In this document: piece after piece, positions 38,833 to 53,113 of the stretch
Layout of the letters: the number at the start of each line of letters is the position of its first letter
Numbering within the stretch: the first letter of the stretch is position 1
Source: Eledone cirrhosa
Lineage: Eukaryota
Assembly (NCBI GenBank): GCA_964016885.1
Contig: OZ024742.1
Coordinates: forward strand, 206,832,001-206,896,000
Direction: 5' to 3'
DNA: 64,000 bases
Made by a program: the position numbers and the translations under genes
The notes under the pieces: model-generated
Databases searched by the model: none
What the model saw: the letters and a program-made list of their open reading frames with translations, nothing else
What the model was told of the DNA's origin: nothing

Positions 38833-40708
38833 ACTTGGAAGCGGTTCTCAAGGCGGCCGGTTTCGGTCCCGTTTTCAGAGGCAGGATCGAGGCGATGCAC
38901 ACCAGCATCTAATCTACTAGAGGGTCAAGGTGAACGGCTACCTATCGGAGCCGTCCGCAATCACCCGTTCCATTCGACAGGGGTGCCCTCTCTCCTCCAT
39001 TCTGTATGTATTGACTGTAGAGCCACTACTGTGGAAAATGGAGCTGTTGCAGGAGATCCCTTTAGAACTGGGACTGCGCAACGCGGCGTCGGCTTATGCC
39101 GTCGACGTAACGGTAATGGTGTCGAACACCTCGGAAATCGGGGTGATCGGCAACTTACTGAAAGAATACGAAACGCTGAGGGGAGCAAAACTAAACCCGG
39201 ACAAGTCTGTCGGTTTGCAACTCGGTACCTGGAGAGGCAAACCAATGACGTCCGACAGCGTCGTTGGACGCTGGACGGACAGACTGGTGAAATTGCTTGG
39301 GGTCTGGTTCGGTCCAGACCTCTAGGTGGAGAAAAGCTGGAACGAGGTGACGGCCAAGGTGTTTGCGCTCACCCAGAAGTGGGCAGAGTGCAAACTGTCT
39401 CTGAAAGGTCTAGCGGAGGTGGCGAACACTTTCATAGTGTCCGTCATCTACTACTTGACTGTCGTCCCTTGTCCCCGTGAACACCTCGCAAAGATGGAAC
39501 ACATGCTCTTCCAGTTTCTGTCGAAGAAGTAGGGTCCGCTGGTGAGGAGATCCGTCTGCTGCCATCACCCTTCCAACGGAGAGCTGGGAATGCCGTGGCT
39601 GATGATGCGCAAACATGCGCTGAGGCTGAGGCATCTCCACGTATTCCTCACCGACCCCCAACTGGTGTGGGCACCGTTTGTGAGACAGGCTTTCCCGCAG
39701 CTCGTCTCGCTGACGGTGTTGCAGCCCTGGGTCAAGAAAAGACCCAAAACTATGGGCGCCTGGCACATTGAATGCGCTCAGACGCTCACAGTCCTCTGGC
39801 AAGCGGACACAGCAATCAGTGGAGACTCCACTTTGACATTCTATAGAGGGATTGTACGTTACAAGGGCGACGACGTTCTCGGAGAGAACTCTGGGCGTCG
39901 AAGACGAAGAGCTCACCAGTCTGTTTGGTAGGACTTTCCGCCCGGGACCTATAGACAACTTCCAGAGGTCCCTGGCCTGGCAGTGCTACCGAAGAGCTCT
40001 ACCATTTCGTGACAAGATCTACAGGCACGGACGCTCTGGCAGGGATCCTTCCAAGAGGACGTGTCCAAGATGCGCGCAGAACTTTGAAACCGCTCTGCAC
40101 GCAATTGTACGCTGCCCGGGCGTAACCGACCTGTAGAACTATGCTGAACAACTGCTGTCGCGTATGGGACAAATCCAGTTGACTGCCGAGTCCATAGTAA
40201 GGATCAAACCGCCAGCCTCTTTCAAAAACGAAAGAGAGGCGGTTTTCCTCTGTACAGGGGCTATGGGGAAAGAGGTTATATGGTTGACGAGATTGAGAGG
40301 ACTGAGGACAGATGCCTTTCTCTCCGGACAACAATTGATTCCCTTCTTTAAGTATCACTTTAGAAGGAGAATCAGAGTGGAGAGAGAGGTACTGCACCCC
40401 AGTAAATTTAGTGAAAGGTGGGTGAACGTGGCAAAAATGGCCCGAATGATTGGGCTTTCTCTGTTTATAAGCCTGTAGGTTAAAGAAGAGAGCAAAAGGA
40501 AGAAAGGAGCACTTGCACAACCCGCTCCTGGAGTTGAGGGTTGTTCTATCGACGGGGTATTAAACAACCCATTTGTGGTGCTTCCCCCCTATTGGGGATT
40601 TCGATTGTTGTAATTGTTTGTTTTATATATTTTACACGACTGTAAAATCCCCAGCATGTCTCTTTGTATTGTCCCCTTTTCTTGTGCGCCCTTGTCGCAA
40701 GTAAAGAA

Positions 40709-40709
<1 letters not shown>
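38833..40709 (+). mobile_element. Tx1-like element, second subfamily, 5'-truncated
   Basis: RQGCPLSSILY, KSVGLQLGTWRG, MPWLMMRKHALRLRHL and CPRC, homologous to 22810-24413. Ends cccttgtcgcaagtaaagaaac+(ct)n. Confidence 0.88.
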
Positions 40710-40804
<95 letters not shown>

Positions 40805-40875
40805 TTGTGTATAATGGTAGCTATGGTGCTTCCATAGGCGGTATGCACTCAATATTCATACAGAGTAGAGTGTGG

Positions 40876-41764
40876 ATAGTATAAAAGAACGAAAAATCAG
40901 TGATGTATCTGGACTCAAGATTCTTGTCGATTTCGATGTCTGTATCTTCCAAGCAATCCAACCTATATATATATATGCGTGTTACAATTGTAATTGTTTC
41001 GCCGGCAGGTAGTCGAGACATGATCACTGTATGGATCTGGGTGATTCTACGGCTGCAGGTTCCTTCGGACACGGGTAGTTCGTTCGGAGCAAATTTTCTC
41101 ACGTACATTTGTGGCTGAGTGTGTATATATATATATATATGTATATATATGTACGTATAGCTGCGTATGAGTATGTATGTGGGTGCGTATGTATATATAT
41201 ATATGTGTGTGTGCGTATATATGTATATGTGGGTCTCTATATGTATGTGTATTTACGTGTGTATATATATGTGTACATACCATAGGAATGTGTATGGATG
41301 GATTATATATTCATTTTATTATTATTATTATTATTATTATTTTATCATATATCCATTGTATATATCCGTATATGTATGTATGAATATGTGTGCATGTATG
41401 TATATCTATATATATATATATATATGTATATTGTATAGTATACTATATTGATATTTTATTTTATGTTGTTATTTTACCGTTATTTTATGGTATATTGTGT
41501 TTTTTATTATATATTGTATTTTTATTTTACAGTTTTGTTTACAAATGTATACGTGGAAGCATGTGTGTGTAAGAAAATATGCATATGTGCATGTGTCTGC
41601 ATGTGGCCGTCCAGGTGCGTATGTATATGTATGTAAATGTATATATGTGTGCATGTATATATGTATGTATGTATATATGTGTGTGTGCGTATGCATGTAG
41701 AGTTTTTATGTATACATGTGTGTGTATGTAGTTATGTGTGTATGTAGTTATGTGTATTTTGTAT

Positions 41765-41810
<46 letters not shown>

Positions 41811-42056
41811 GTATATATATATGTGTATATAAGGTTGTGCGTAGGTATGTGTGCGCGCGTATGTGTGTGTATATGTGTATGTTTGCGTGGGTGTGTGTAC
41901 ACATATGGACATATGTGCGTATAAGTTTCTATGTGTATGTGCGTGTATACATGTGTATCTGTATGTATATGTGAGTATGCATATATGTATATGTGTATAC
42001 GTATGTGTATGCATTCGTATGTATATGTGTGTGTGTCTATGTACACACACATATAA

Positions 42057-42114
<58 letters not shown>

Positions 42115-42918
42115 TGTTAGTATCTGTCACTGGGTGTGTGTGTGTGGGCGCGTACGTACACCCACATAGGACATGGTTTGTCTATGTGTTTGTATACGGG
42201 TGTATATAATCGTATGTGTATACAGACGTGTGTGTCTGCGCGCGTGTGCGCGTTTGCCTGCGTGTGGGACGGGATGTATGGCGCGGTTTAGGCAGGCGCT
42301 AATAGGCTTGTGGCGGTCGGTATCTAGAAGTGGGTGTGCCTGGGTTTGTGGAAAAGAGGGAGAGTGTGTGCCTGTATATATGTGCATGGGGGTAGGTGTG
42401 TCTACACATGTATGCGCACACATGTGTATGCGCGCATGTGTCTGTGCCTGCTCGTGTGTGTGTATATGTGTGTGTGTATGTGTGGGTACATACTCTGGAG
42501 TGTGAACAGACGTTTGAGATACCGATCCCACCATGACTCCATTGAAGTGTGTCGGACGGAAAATGGCTGATGACCCCTGTAGCAGTAAATAATGACCAGA
42601 ACTTAAAATGACGTAGAATAACAACAGCCAATGGCATGACAAGAATGGAAGATGCTTTTTGAAGGTGTTTTTTTTTACGATAACACCCCAGTGAGAAAAT
42701 TTGCTCCGAACGAACAACCCGTGTCCGAGGGAAACTGCAGCCAGATCTATACAATGATCATGTCTCGAGCTACCTGCCGGCGAAACAATTGTAACACGCA
42801 ATAAACTGAGTCTAGATGTATCACTGATTTTTCGTTTTTTTATACTATTTATATATATATATATATATAGGCTGGATTGCTTTGAAGATACAGACATCGA
42901 AATCGACAAGAATCTTGA
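40876..42918. repeat. Inverted repeat pair (40876-41102 / 42691-42918) enclosing a complex TA/TG low-complexity tract
   Basis: ttcggagcaaattttctcac vs gtgagaaaatttgctccgaa; aagattcttgtcgatttcgatg vs catcgaaatcgacaagaatctt. Confidence 0.85.
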
Positions 42919-43487
42919 ATTTTTAGTTCAGTTAATTTATTACCTTGATCAACAGCCTTTGTAAAATATAAGTACATATATTAAGACGTGATTATTTTTT
43001 TGATTATCTCGTTTTAGGACGTTTATTTTCGGTCTCTTAGATATCTTCGTTTCTCTTACTCCGATGAGACACATGTTTTGTTGTAACAGAATAGAAAAAG
43101 CTAGTTAAGTAATTTAATTTTTATTTTATTTTCAATATAGTGAATATATATATTTGTTATTGTTTCCTGTTTTTATATATCGATATTATAATAATTATTG
43201 GGATTACATATACGTTATATATACGTTACCCGTTATTTTAAATTGAAAATATATTTGTAAACAAACCGATGTCTAAGTACTGAAAGTCAGTTAAAATCAT
43301 ATCTTACCTAAATCGTTCGCGATTCTATATTTTTAACTTATTTAAATTTAATTAATTTAATTTATTTTTTGGCCTCATTTTATATTTTATTCCATATTCA
43401 TATAATTATTTGTTGGCATTTTCAGTTTGTTTTTTGCTTATTTATGTTTAAATCAAGAACAAGTGTTTTCAAGGTGTCTCGAATAAT

Positions 43488-43582
43488 AATTGTTTCTACT
43501 TTTTGGCACAAGGCCAGCAAAAACTCAGTGCATTACTGGTACTTTATTTTATCGACCCCGTAAGGATGAAAGGCAAAGTTAA
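43488..43582 (-). mobile_element. SINE family 1 3' fragment
   Basis: tgtttctactttttggcacaaggccagc..cgaccccgtaaggatgaaaggcaaagt. Confidence 0.8.
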
Positions 43583-43705
43583 TATTTAAAATTAACACTG
43601 GACTGTTTCAAGTCTCCGCTGCTGTTTTTTTTCTTTCACGCTGTCTCTCTCTCTCTCTTCTTTCTTTATCTCTCTCTCTGTCTCTCTCTCTCTCTCTAGA
43701 TCGCA

Positions 43706-43781
<76 letters not shown>

Positions 43782-44719
43782 CCTCTCAATCGCTCCTTGA
43801 ATGTCTCACTGGATTCATCTCTCTCTCTCTTTCTCTCTTTAACCTTTTCCCTACCCTTTCCATTAACTCTCTACCCCCTCTACAGCGAAATGTACTGCGT
43901 GCAGGAAAGAAATGGAATTAAAAGCCAGCGAAACTGGTCAAAGATAGAACTAGAGGTGTTGATCAAGGGATGGAGCCTGGCTGATGGGTCGCCACCAACC
44001 AAAAAATTGCAGATAATTTGAAGAGCCATAGCTTCCTGAGGACTTTGGCATAAATAGAGAGAAAAATGGAGAGAAAGAAAAAGAAAAGGAAGAAAGCACA
44101 AACATTGGTCTGAAAACAAATGAGATACCCGCCGCCACAGTCAAAGAAGACAGGCTGGGCAAACAACAGCCAAGCGGTGAGAAGCAAAATCACTATCCGA
44201 AAGATAACAGCCAAGCAGAAAGGGACTACTGGACAACTGCCCAAAGGAAGAACAGAAGGTGCCAAGACACTGGGAGCAAGAAAACACAGGTTACATGCAA
44301 GTTCTTGAGGAACAGGACCTGCGGCATGGAGAAACAGGGAGATGCTGTAGATTCGCTCACCCCAGGCCCCAAGTGAGCTATGCCTAACCTACTCACACAA
44401 AATGCCCCAGCCAAAACCAAAACCAAAACCAAAACTGATGCAAGCTGCCCCAGAAGTATGCTGATGTTGTGCGTGCCGCACCAACAAAGAGGAGAAGGCA
44501 TGCATATACAGATGAGATACGGACGGAGGCAGCAGGGCCAACAAAATTTTTTAAGATGGCAGAGAGGATTGTGGGACAACTGACCTGGATGCGTTTTCAG
44601 AGCCAGAGTTACTCACACCAGCACTCGAGACCACCACAATTAAGGGACCCAGAGTGGCCGCTGCTGACACCAGGCCAGGTGCCACACCGAAAGCCATTGC
44701 TGACACCCCAAATGTCACA

Positions 44720-47600
44720 CCAGTGCTGTTGTTGAATGTTAGAGGTCTGGTGAGACTCACTAACATGAGTAAAATTTCCTACCTGGGAGACTAAGCCATA
44801 AGCAATCAAGCATTATGCATGGAACTAACCGAAACGCAACTGACAAGCAGTATAGCAACTGACAAGCAGTATACCAAAATATATTGTATTTCGTTCAGAC
44901 AGGAAGGAGAGAACTCATGGTGGGGTTACTCTGTATATCCGTGAAGATGTCACACCCATTGTACTGTTGACACATTCAAACTCAGTCTGTGACACACTGA
45001 TAGTACATATGAAGCAACTAAAAACGGTAATATGTGTCACACATCGGCTACCCGATGCTCCTAGTTATGAGGGTACATTTGAGGATAGCCTCAGAAGGAT
45101 AGAAGAGGTCCTTGACAAACTAGCCCATTCTGCTGCTGGGAGAATTTAACCGGCCAAAGGACAAATGGACTGAGGGACCCTCCTTCCTGGAATGACATCA
45201 CTAGAACAGAGACAGACGGAGTCCCTGCTGGCCCTCACACACAGGTTGTTCATGGAAGAAGCAGTACTCCTCCCAACAAGAGGCGAGAATGTTCTGGATC
45301 TCTGCTTTACAAACAATGCAGTGCTCATCCACAATGTAAAGGTGACACCAACGATTTCCTCGGATCATAACTTAGTAGAACTAATGCTATGTGGTCCGAG
45401 AGAGTCAACAGAGACGCAACCATCAAGAAGCACCAGGAACCTCTCCAGCCTTAACTTCTACAAGGCTAACTGGAAAAAGATCAAGAAAGAGATCCGGAAG
45501 CAAATATGGAGCGACATCACCACACAAGACACCAACACACTTTTTCAACACTTCATGACAACACTACAAACTATATGCCAAAAGTTTGTCCCGGAGAAAA
45601 AGGCCAATGGACACAAACATCTTTTTCCCAGAAACAGGAAAATCCTTATGAGACGAAGAACAAAGCTCTCAAACCAGTTAAATGCACAACAAAAAAAACA
45701 AGAAGGAATCCTATTTGAAACGTGCACTACTTGACATTGAAACTGCACTCAAACTTTCCCATGAAAAGGAGAGGCCAGAGAGAGAAATCCGGGCCATAGA
45801 GAATATTAAAATAAATCCTAAGGCCTTCTTTAAATTTGCAAAAGAGACTGCCTCGGTACACTGCAAGATTGGGCCACTCTTCCATAAAGATGGTTCATTA
45901 ACCAAGGATCCCCAAGGGATAAGTGAAATACTGAATAAACAGTACAAAAGTGTGTTCACACGTCCACTGAGGCACATGCAAATAACAAAGCCAGAGGAGT
46001 TCTTTGATGCCACTCCATGAAGAAATGGTGACCATCAACCACATAGACATAACAGAGGAGGATGTGGTATCTGCCATAGACAAAATTAGAACAAACTCAG
46101 CTGCTGGACCTCATGGATTCCCAGCAGTCCTCTTAAAAACATGTAAGTGTGCCTTAACAACTCCACTGACGACCCTCTTCAGAAGCTCTTTGGCTAGCGG
46201 TAGACTACCAAGAGAGCAGAAAGAAGGCACAATATGCCCTATCCATAAAGGAGGAAGAGGTACAGGCCAGTCACATATAAGTAAGGTCATGAAGCAAGTC
46301 ATCAGAAAGAAACTGATCACGTTCCTCGGCGAAAATGATCGCCTGACTAGCACGCAACATGGCTTTCGCCCAGGAAGAAACTGCCTTATACAGCTGCTAC
46401 ATCACTACGACTGGGTACTGAAACAACTGCTAGACAGCGCACATGTGGACGTGATATATCTTGACTTTGCGAAGGCCTTTGACAAAGTCGACCACGGAAT
46501 GATGTCACAAACAACACAGACTCGGCATAACTGGAAAAGTAGGTGAGTGGCTGCATGACTTATTAAAAGCCAGACAGTTGCAGCAAATGGGGCCCTCTCA
46601 AAGGAAACATCAATAACAAGTGGGGTGCCCCAGGGCACAGTGATGGGATCACTACTGTTTTTGGTGGCTCTCTCAGAGATGCCCTCTGTATTACATACAA
46701 CATCCTAACTAGCTATGCTGATGACGCTAAGGTAGCACAGGCAATAAAAAACCCGGCTGATGCTATGCTTTTACAACAAGATCTGGATGCCATATACAAA
46801 TGGGTTGAGGACATCAACATGCAGTTTAATGCTGGAAAAATTTCAAGCCCTACAATACCAACCTGCAAACACAAATACAGTGCAACACAGCTACACTGGA
46901 CCAGGGGGGATTGAAATTCCCATGTCGAAATCGATACGAGGCCTGGGAATAGACATGATCGACGATGCATCTTTTTCCTCCCACATCATGAAGGTGGCGA
47001 TAATGTGCAGACGACTCACTGGCTGGATCTTGAAGACTTTCTAGACAAGAGACCGTGAGATAATGTTGATACTATGGAGGAGATTTGTCCTAAGCCGCCT
47101 GAACTATTGCTCCCAGCTGTGGTCACCCTATAGTGTCAAACTAACCATGGAGCTTGAGGCAATCCAACGGAGCTACACCAAGAGAATTGTGACGATGAAG
47201 GAGTTAAGCTACTGGGAGAGGCTAAAAGAACTGAACCTCTACTCTTGGAACGAAGACGGGAGAGATATGCAGTGATATACATATGGAAAATCCTGGATGG
47301 ACTAGCATCAAATTTTGGCATTGGGAGCTGGACCAAACCCCGAACAGGACATCACTGTGTGGTGCTAAAGGTCCCGTCTTCCACATCTAGAATAAGCTGC
47401 CGAGGGATTTGAGAGATCTGCATGGTGTGGATGTTTTCAAGAAACAACTTGACACCCTCTAGCCAGGATCCTGGATGAGCCCACAGCACGGCACGAGGGA
47501 AACCTAAGGGCAGCAGCAATGAGGTCCCTCTTGCACCGATGGCCAACCAACACAGGCTGGAGATAGAATGTGTAGCAACAAGAGTGACCCCAGTAGGGCC
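44720..47600 (+). mobile_element. APE-RT LINE of the CR1/Proto2-like type, degenerate (ORF1 remnant possibly ~43900-44700)
   Basis: LLNVRGL start, PTRGENVLDL..SDHN (APE); QHGFRPGRNC, VIYLDFAKAFDKVDH, GVPQG, YADD, LNYCSQLWSP, YWERLKELNLYS. Confidence 0.85.
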
Positions 47601-47639
47601 TCAGCCGGATGGCTGAAACAGGCAAAAGAGTATATATAT

Positions 47640-47734
<95 letters not shown>

Positions 47735-47811
47735 GAAGGGGAAGTGTGGTAAGGAACCAGGTGGACCATAACACACTAGAGTACTCAATACTTAGGGTAG
47801 TAGAGTGGGTA

Positions 47812-47937
47812 ATAGGAAAATGTTCAAGACCCCCAACGGCAGAGCTCGAGATGTTTCGACGGCTATTTCTGGGCATAGCCGTCTAGAAATAGCCGTCGAA
47901 ACGGCCCGAGCTCTGCCGCCGGGGTCTTGAACATTTT

Positions 47938-47942
<5 letters not shown>
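47812..47942. repeat. Fold-back palindrome (~60 bp arms) between (TA)n tracts
   Basis: aggaaaatgttcaagacccc..gtttcgacggctatttct pairs with agaaatagccgtcgaaac..ggggtcttgaacattttcct. Confidence 0.88.
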
Positions 47943-47989
<47 letters not shown>

Positions 47990-48209
47990 TGGAGGCTTAG
48001 TAAAATCGAATCTTTGGCTGTGGGCAAGCAAATTCGACCTACAATATGAATGAGTTAGCAAAGCACTCGATAAGGGTAGGTCCTTAGAGTAATAACATAC
48101 GTTTAAATAGCTTGACAAATTGAACATTGTGGTAGGCAAAATCTAACACACAATACCAAAGTAACGAAAAAACTAACAGGTTGAAAAAAAAAGATATATA
48201 TAGATGGAT

Positions 48210-49110
48210 ATATTGGGCCCACTTCTTTTCATTACCTATATTAATGACAATACTGACATCATTAAGCACAGCAACATAAGAATCTTTGCAGATGATTCCA
48301 TGCTGCAGAAGGTCATCAATGGTGTGGGTGACCAGACATGCCTCCAATCAGATCTACTGGCTGTTATACAATGGGCGGAAAAGAACAATATGCTGCTGAA
48401 CGAGGATAAAGTTGAGTTAATCCACTTTGGAAAAGAGGGTGCCCTGCAAATCCCATACTCCCTTTCTTCAGGTGAAACTCTTCTGGCATCCAACAACATC
48501 AGAGACTTGGGAGTAATTGTGGACAATAACATAAGCTCATATAAACAGCAAATTTAACATGGCCACAGAATGTGTTCCTGGATTCTCAGAACCTTCCAGC
48601 CGAGAGATATCCATACTGACTGTTATCCTTCTCTTCTACACTTTTGCCCAACCCCACCTTGAATATTGTTGTCCACTGTGGTCTCCCCACACGAAACAAA
48701 GTATCATGAAATTGAAGCTCCTCAAAGGTCAATCATGAAAAAGATAGATGGCATGATAGACCTTGACTATTGGGGTCGACTAGAAAAACTCAAATTTTAT
48801 TCTCTCCAAACCTGCTATGTGCGCTACATTATCTGATATGATGTGGAAAATATTCCATCATCATTGCCCAAATGATTTTGGCATCACCTTTAAACTATAT
48901 CCAAGGCTTGGGCCCTGTGTTTAACCATACACAACAAAAATCAAACTCGCATTTCATAACAACAATACGGCACAATCATTTCAGCTCAATTGGCCCTGCT
49001 CTCTTTAACATTACACCAAAGCACATGAAAATAGAAACAGACCCCATAAAGTTCAAGAAGTTTGGGGACAAATTCCTTCAAAAAATCCCAGATAAACCTC
49101 CTAAACCCAG
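48210..49110 (+). mobile_element. Second CR1/Proto2-like LINE 3' fragment
   Basis: LGPLLFITYIND..IFADD..DLGVIVD, EYCCPLWSP, YWGRLEKL. Confidence 0.82.
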
Positions 49111-50220
49111 AGGTGCAAGGAATCTGTTAAAACAGCAAAATGCCATTAATGGCAGCATCAGGTAAAATTTACCCCAATGGATAGAAATAAGCAGCTAGAA
49201 GTGTGTTGGTCCACAGAAGTGATAGGAAGGAAAGGGAAAAGGAAGAAATGGATGAGAAAAGATCACACAAACATTTGAATTAACTCATCAGCTTTTAGAC
49301 CGCCCGTCGTTTCAATTATTTAACTAAAAGTGCCACGTAAAATAGAGAAATAGATATCTCTGTTGGTATGATGTTTGTGTCAGGAATGATACACAGACAG
49401 AACAGACAGACATGTCAGGGAGAGGAGAAAAATAAAATGTGTCCACTCAGTAGCAGGCTCCATGAAGAAAAGGCAACAACAAAGACTCTGGCTGCGGAGG
49501 CGGTAATAAGTGGAAGTGACGAGTAAGAGTGGCAAGTAGAAGGGAGAAGCAAAGAAAAGAAGCAGTAAGAGGAAGGGAAGGGTGGGGGGAGAGAGAAAGA
49601 ATGAAAGAAGGAGGAAAGCATCATACCAAGAGAGAGATTTATTACTCCATTGCATGAGCCATCTATTTTATGTGGTACTTCTAGTTAAATCGTCACCTCC
49701 TCTCTCTTTCTCATATACACCTTTATTGTACATATACAAAAATAGAAGAGATATCATTGCTGTTAGTCAGCCATTGGAAGTCAATTCAACAAACTGTACT
49801 ACTTTCTCACCTCTATAGATTTGTGCCTTTAGACCGATACCAGAAATCAATATTACCAACAGTTTTTAGAAAGGTAATATTAAACTAAATAGCTAATCAT
49901 TACTTTAGTAAATCATATATAATTTATCTATATGCTTATTTATTTATTCATTTATTTGAAATCATCTTACGTGTGATGTAAATATGAGAAACCAAGAATA
50001 TTTCTGAACTCTCATTGTTTCTGACACTTTCTAATAATTTCAATCTTTCTGTTTTTCTGTCTATTTCTCTGAAAGCTGAATATGAAGATAAGGAATAATG
50101 ACAACAATAGGAAAACATCACAAATATTCATAATATATCTCCAAAATGGCTGATGGAATACACACATGATTTTTCTGTTCTTTCATCTTTTCACTCTTTA
50201 TTTTTCTAATTTTCATTCTA

Positions 50221-50254
50221 TCTTCTGATGAAGGACTAATGTCCAAACGTAAAG
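50221..50254 (+). ncRNA. Minimal type I hammerhead-like motif (G12 missing)
   Basis: tctt-CTGATGA-a-ggac-taat-gtcc-AAAC-GTA-aaga: stems I and II pair, but GAAAC is reduced to AAAC. Confidence 0.5.
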
Positions 50255-50364
50255 ACACTTTTCCTACTTTAGCAAGTGTTAAACTAATATATTTTTTCAT
50301 TGTACTGTGTTGTTTCCATTTATTTTTTGCATACACACACACATGAAAAAAAAAAAAAAATAAA

Positions 50365-50404
<40 letters not shown>

Positions 50405-50628
50405 GGGATAACAAATTATTGTTATAGGTAGTCCACTTACATGTAGTCCAGTTAGGGTACTCCGAGTAGTGGATAGTATTAATACTTGGCTAAGTTTGAC
50501 TCAACAAGACGTTTCCATGATGATGCTGCGAGTACGCGGTGATTTCTATGTAGTTTACACTTGGAGTAATAATAAATCAAGAAAGAAGAGTGACATGGTT
50601 TGCTACACAATAAGGGCTTTATTCACAT

Positions 50629-50736
50629 TGCTGACAATTGTTTCTCTGAACTGGTAGGTCTAGAGATCGTTACCCGCCTGTTTTTGCGTCAATCGATCAC
50701 CAATACTTTGTTATAACCAGTCTATTCATCAGAGCA
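50629..50736 (-). ncRNA. Type I hammerhead ribozyme motif in pLTR
   Basis: Minus strand: tgct-CTGATGA-(~80 nt stem II)-GAAAC-aatt-GTC-agca, followed by AATAAA. Confidence 0.72.
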
Positions 50737-53113
50737 TGCGAGAATGAAGGAAATATACAGGCCTGGCTTCTATATATAGTAGTGGCATTACATCAGAATA
50801 ATAATAACAATACTCAAATAAATTACCTAGATAGTAAATAGTTAAAACGATCACAACATCAATCTAAGTAAGAAATAGAGTATACTGATGACTTTAGCAT
50901 GTAAAACGAGTTGATACGAAACAGGTGTATGAAATTGACATGTGAAAGCTGTCATGGGGTATATTATACATAGTGTAGAGACTTGAAACAATGTAGGGGC
51001 TTGAAACAATGGACCATTTACTTTACTGTAGGTTTACTGACCGTAAGATTTATTTATTATCTGACAGATAAAATATTTTCATTGTAGTGATTTTTATGTG
51101 GTGTAAAGCGGATTCATTATTTAAGTGGTCTATATATGATGAAGGGATTGTTAGTTCGAATCATGGGGGTTGTTTAGCTTTCACAGCATCAATAACAAAT
51201 CATGCATGAATAAGACAACAACAACAATATCGGCAATAAGGTAATGCAGAGATTAAGAAAGCAAGGTATATATAGAGAGAACATGATGAATACTATTACG
51301 GATACTTTGGGGGTGTTCATTATAACAACAGGAGGAAGGTGATATTTCAAGGACTGTGGTAGTAGTCAAATAATGTACTTAGAATTAAGTTCATCTGTTG
51401 AAAATCAAGAGTGCGGAGGTGGTGTTGACAGCAGCCGAGAAGAGATATATTTATGGGTTAATAAGATATTTGCAGACATTACTGCGGTATAGAATTAAGG
51501 AGGCTAGAAGCTGTTTAAAGAATATTATAGTTCTGTAGTGGTCTATGTGAGTGTGCGGATTTCATATGTTAAATGCTAAGTTATGTTGGTTCGAATCACG
51601 GTGGCTTAAATCTTGTGAATTTAGTAGCGATCCTGTGTCTGCAGAAAATTGACCTTTCTATTTTGTTGTTGAGTAGCCTTTTATCGTTCCTAAGGATATA
51701 CAGTAATTCAAGGTCGCAGAACCTACAATAGGACATACCGGTACTATATGCCCTTGCGGCCAACAACCTCGACCAGTTGATATTGTAGTCGATGTTTTTG
51801 TCCTTAAGTTCCCAGATTTTTTGGCGAGGGTTGTAGAACTTATTAGTGCACGGTTCTTCATCAAATGTCTGTGCACATACCATCTTTTTTTAAACGTACC
51901 CGCGGTGGATCCAATGTAATGCTAAATGGAGTTGCCCGAGTTCACCGTACACATGTACACTAGGCTCAAATCAAGGCACCTATTCGCCAATGGGCACCTA
52001 TATGGTAGGGGACAATTGCAGTTTGACGTGATATTCCGTGCAGCTTCCACAGTGCTGTTTTGTACACTACTATAAGTGGGCTGTGATTCATGCCCGTTGA
52101 GGTTTTGCTGCGGCGCGCTCGTATGCGTTTGCAGTTGTGATACGGTGATGTGTTTATGTTTAGAATTTGGTGCTATGTTGCATATAGGTGGGGCGGTTTC
52201 CCTAGAGGTATTTCTGTAGTTGATCTTGCGTATGCGGGATTCTATATTTGCAGCCGTAGAGTATGAGAGTTTTATAGTTTTTCTATTGAGGATTTTATGA
52301 TATCGATGTGATATAGGGAAGTGCTTATCTATTAGTTTAAAAAACGTAGAAGGTAGTCTAGTTTTTACAGAGGAGTTGAAGATTGGATTAAACCACAGAT
52401 ATTTTCTTTCTCTAATTCTTCTATAGTTTCTAGGGTTTACATTATTCGTGTTTGGACCACCTACTCTAGGTGCTATTTGCCTACCTCTATGTCTAGTCCG
52501 GTTACCTCTATTTTTGTGTGAGCGGTTGGTGTCAGTGTTAGTGGGTTTGTTGAGTCCGTTATAAACTGTAGCTTTTCTTTGTGTCCGGCCCTATGTAATG
52601 CCGCGTTATAATAGTTAGCATGTTCATTAAAAATGTCTAGGTTTGAGGATAAGCGGGATATTCTAATGGATATACTACATGCTATGGATCTGATTATGGA
52701 TCGGGGGTGGTTTGAGTTATAACTAATGTAGGCCAGATTTTCATTATTTTCTGGAAGGGTTCTATTCATCCCGTATTTAGATTTAGAGTCATATCTAGAA
52801 AGTTTGCCTTTTTATAATTCAGTTCGTAGGTAATACTTAGGCCTAGTTTTTTTAAGAATGTTCTAATGTTTTTTCTTAATCTTTCTATGCTCTGGTTATA
52901 TAAGTTCCTAGCTATAAGGAGCGTGTCATCTCTATAAATCCCTCCTTGGAGGTTACTGAATTCTTTATGTAGGTTGTGTGCTATAAATAACCCCACGACA
53001 TCAGTGATTTGCGCTGAATCGTTCTATCCCATTGTGATATCGAAGCTGTTTATCCTATCTTTTCTTACACAATCGCTATTTTCAAATGCCTGTGTATTTC
53101 CTTCATTCTCGCA

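Noticed and set aside
42565-42600. CTGATGA as partner of GAAAC at 42782
   Set aside because: Flanks do not form stem I and the spacing is over 200 nt.
50882-50930. CTGATGA..GAAAC-ag-GTG hammerhead-like motif
   Set aside because: Non-cleavable GUG triplet and poorly paired stem II; at best a decayed remnant.
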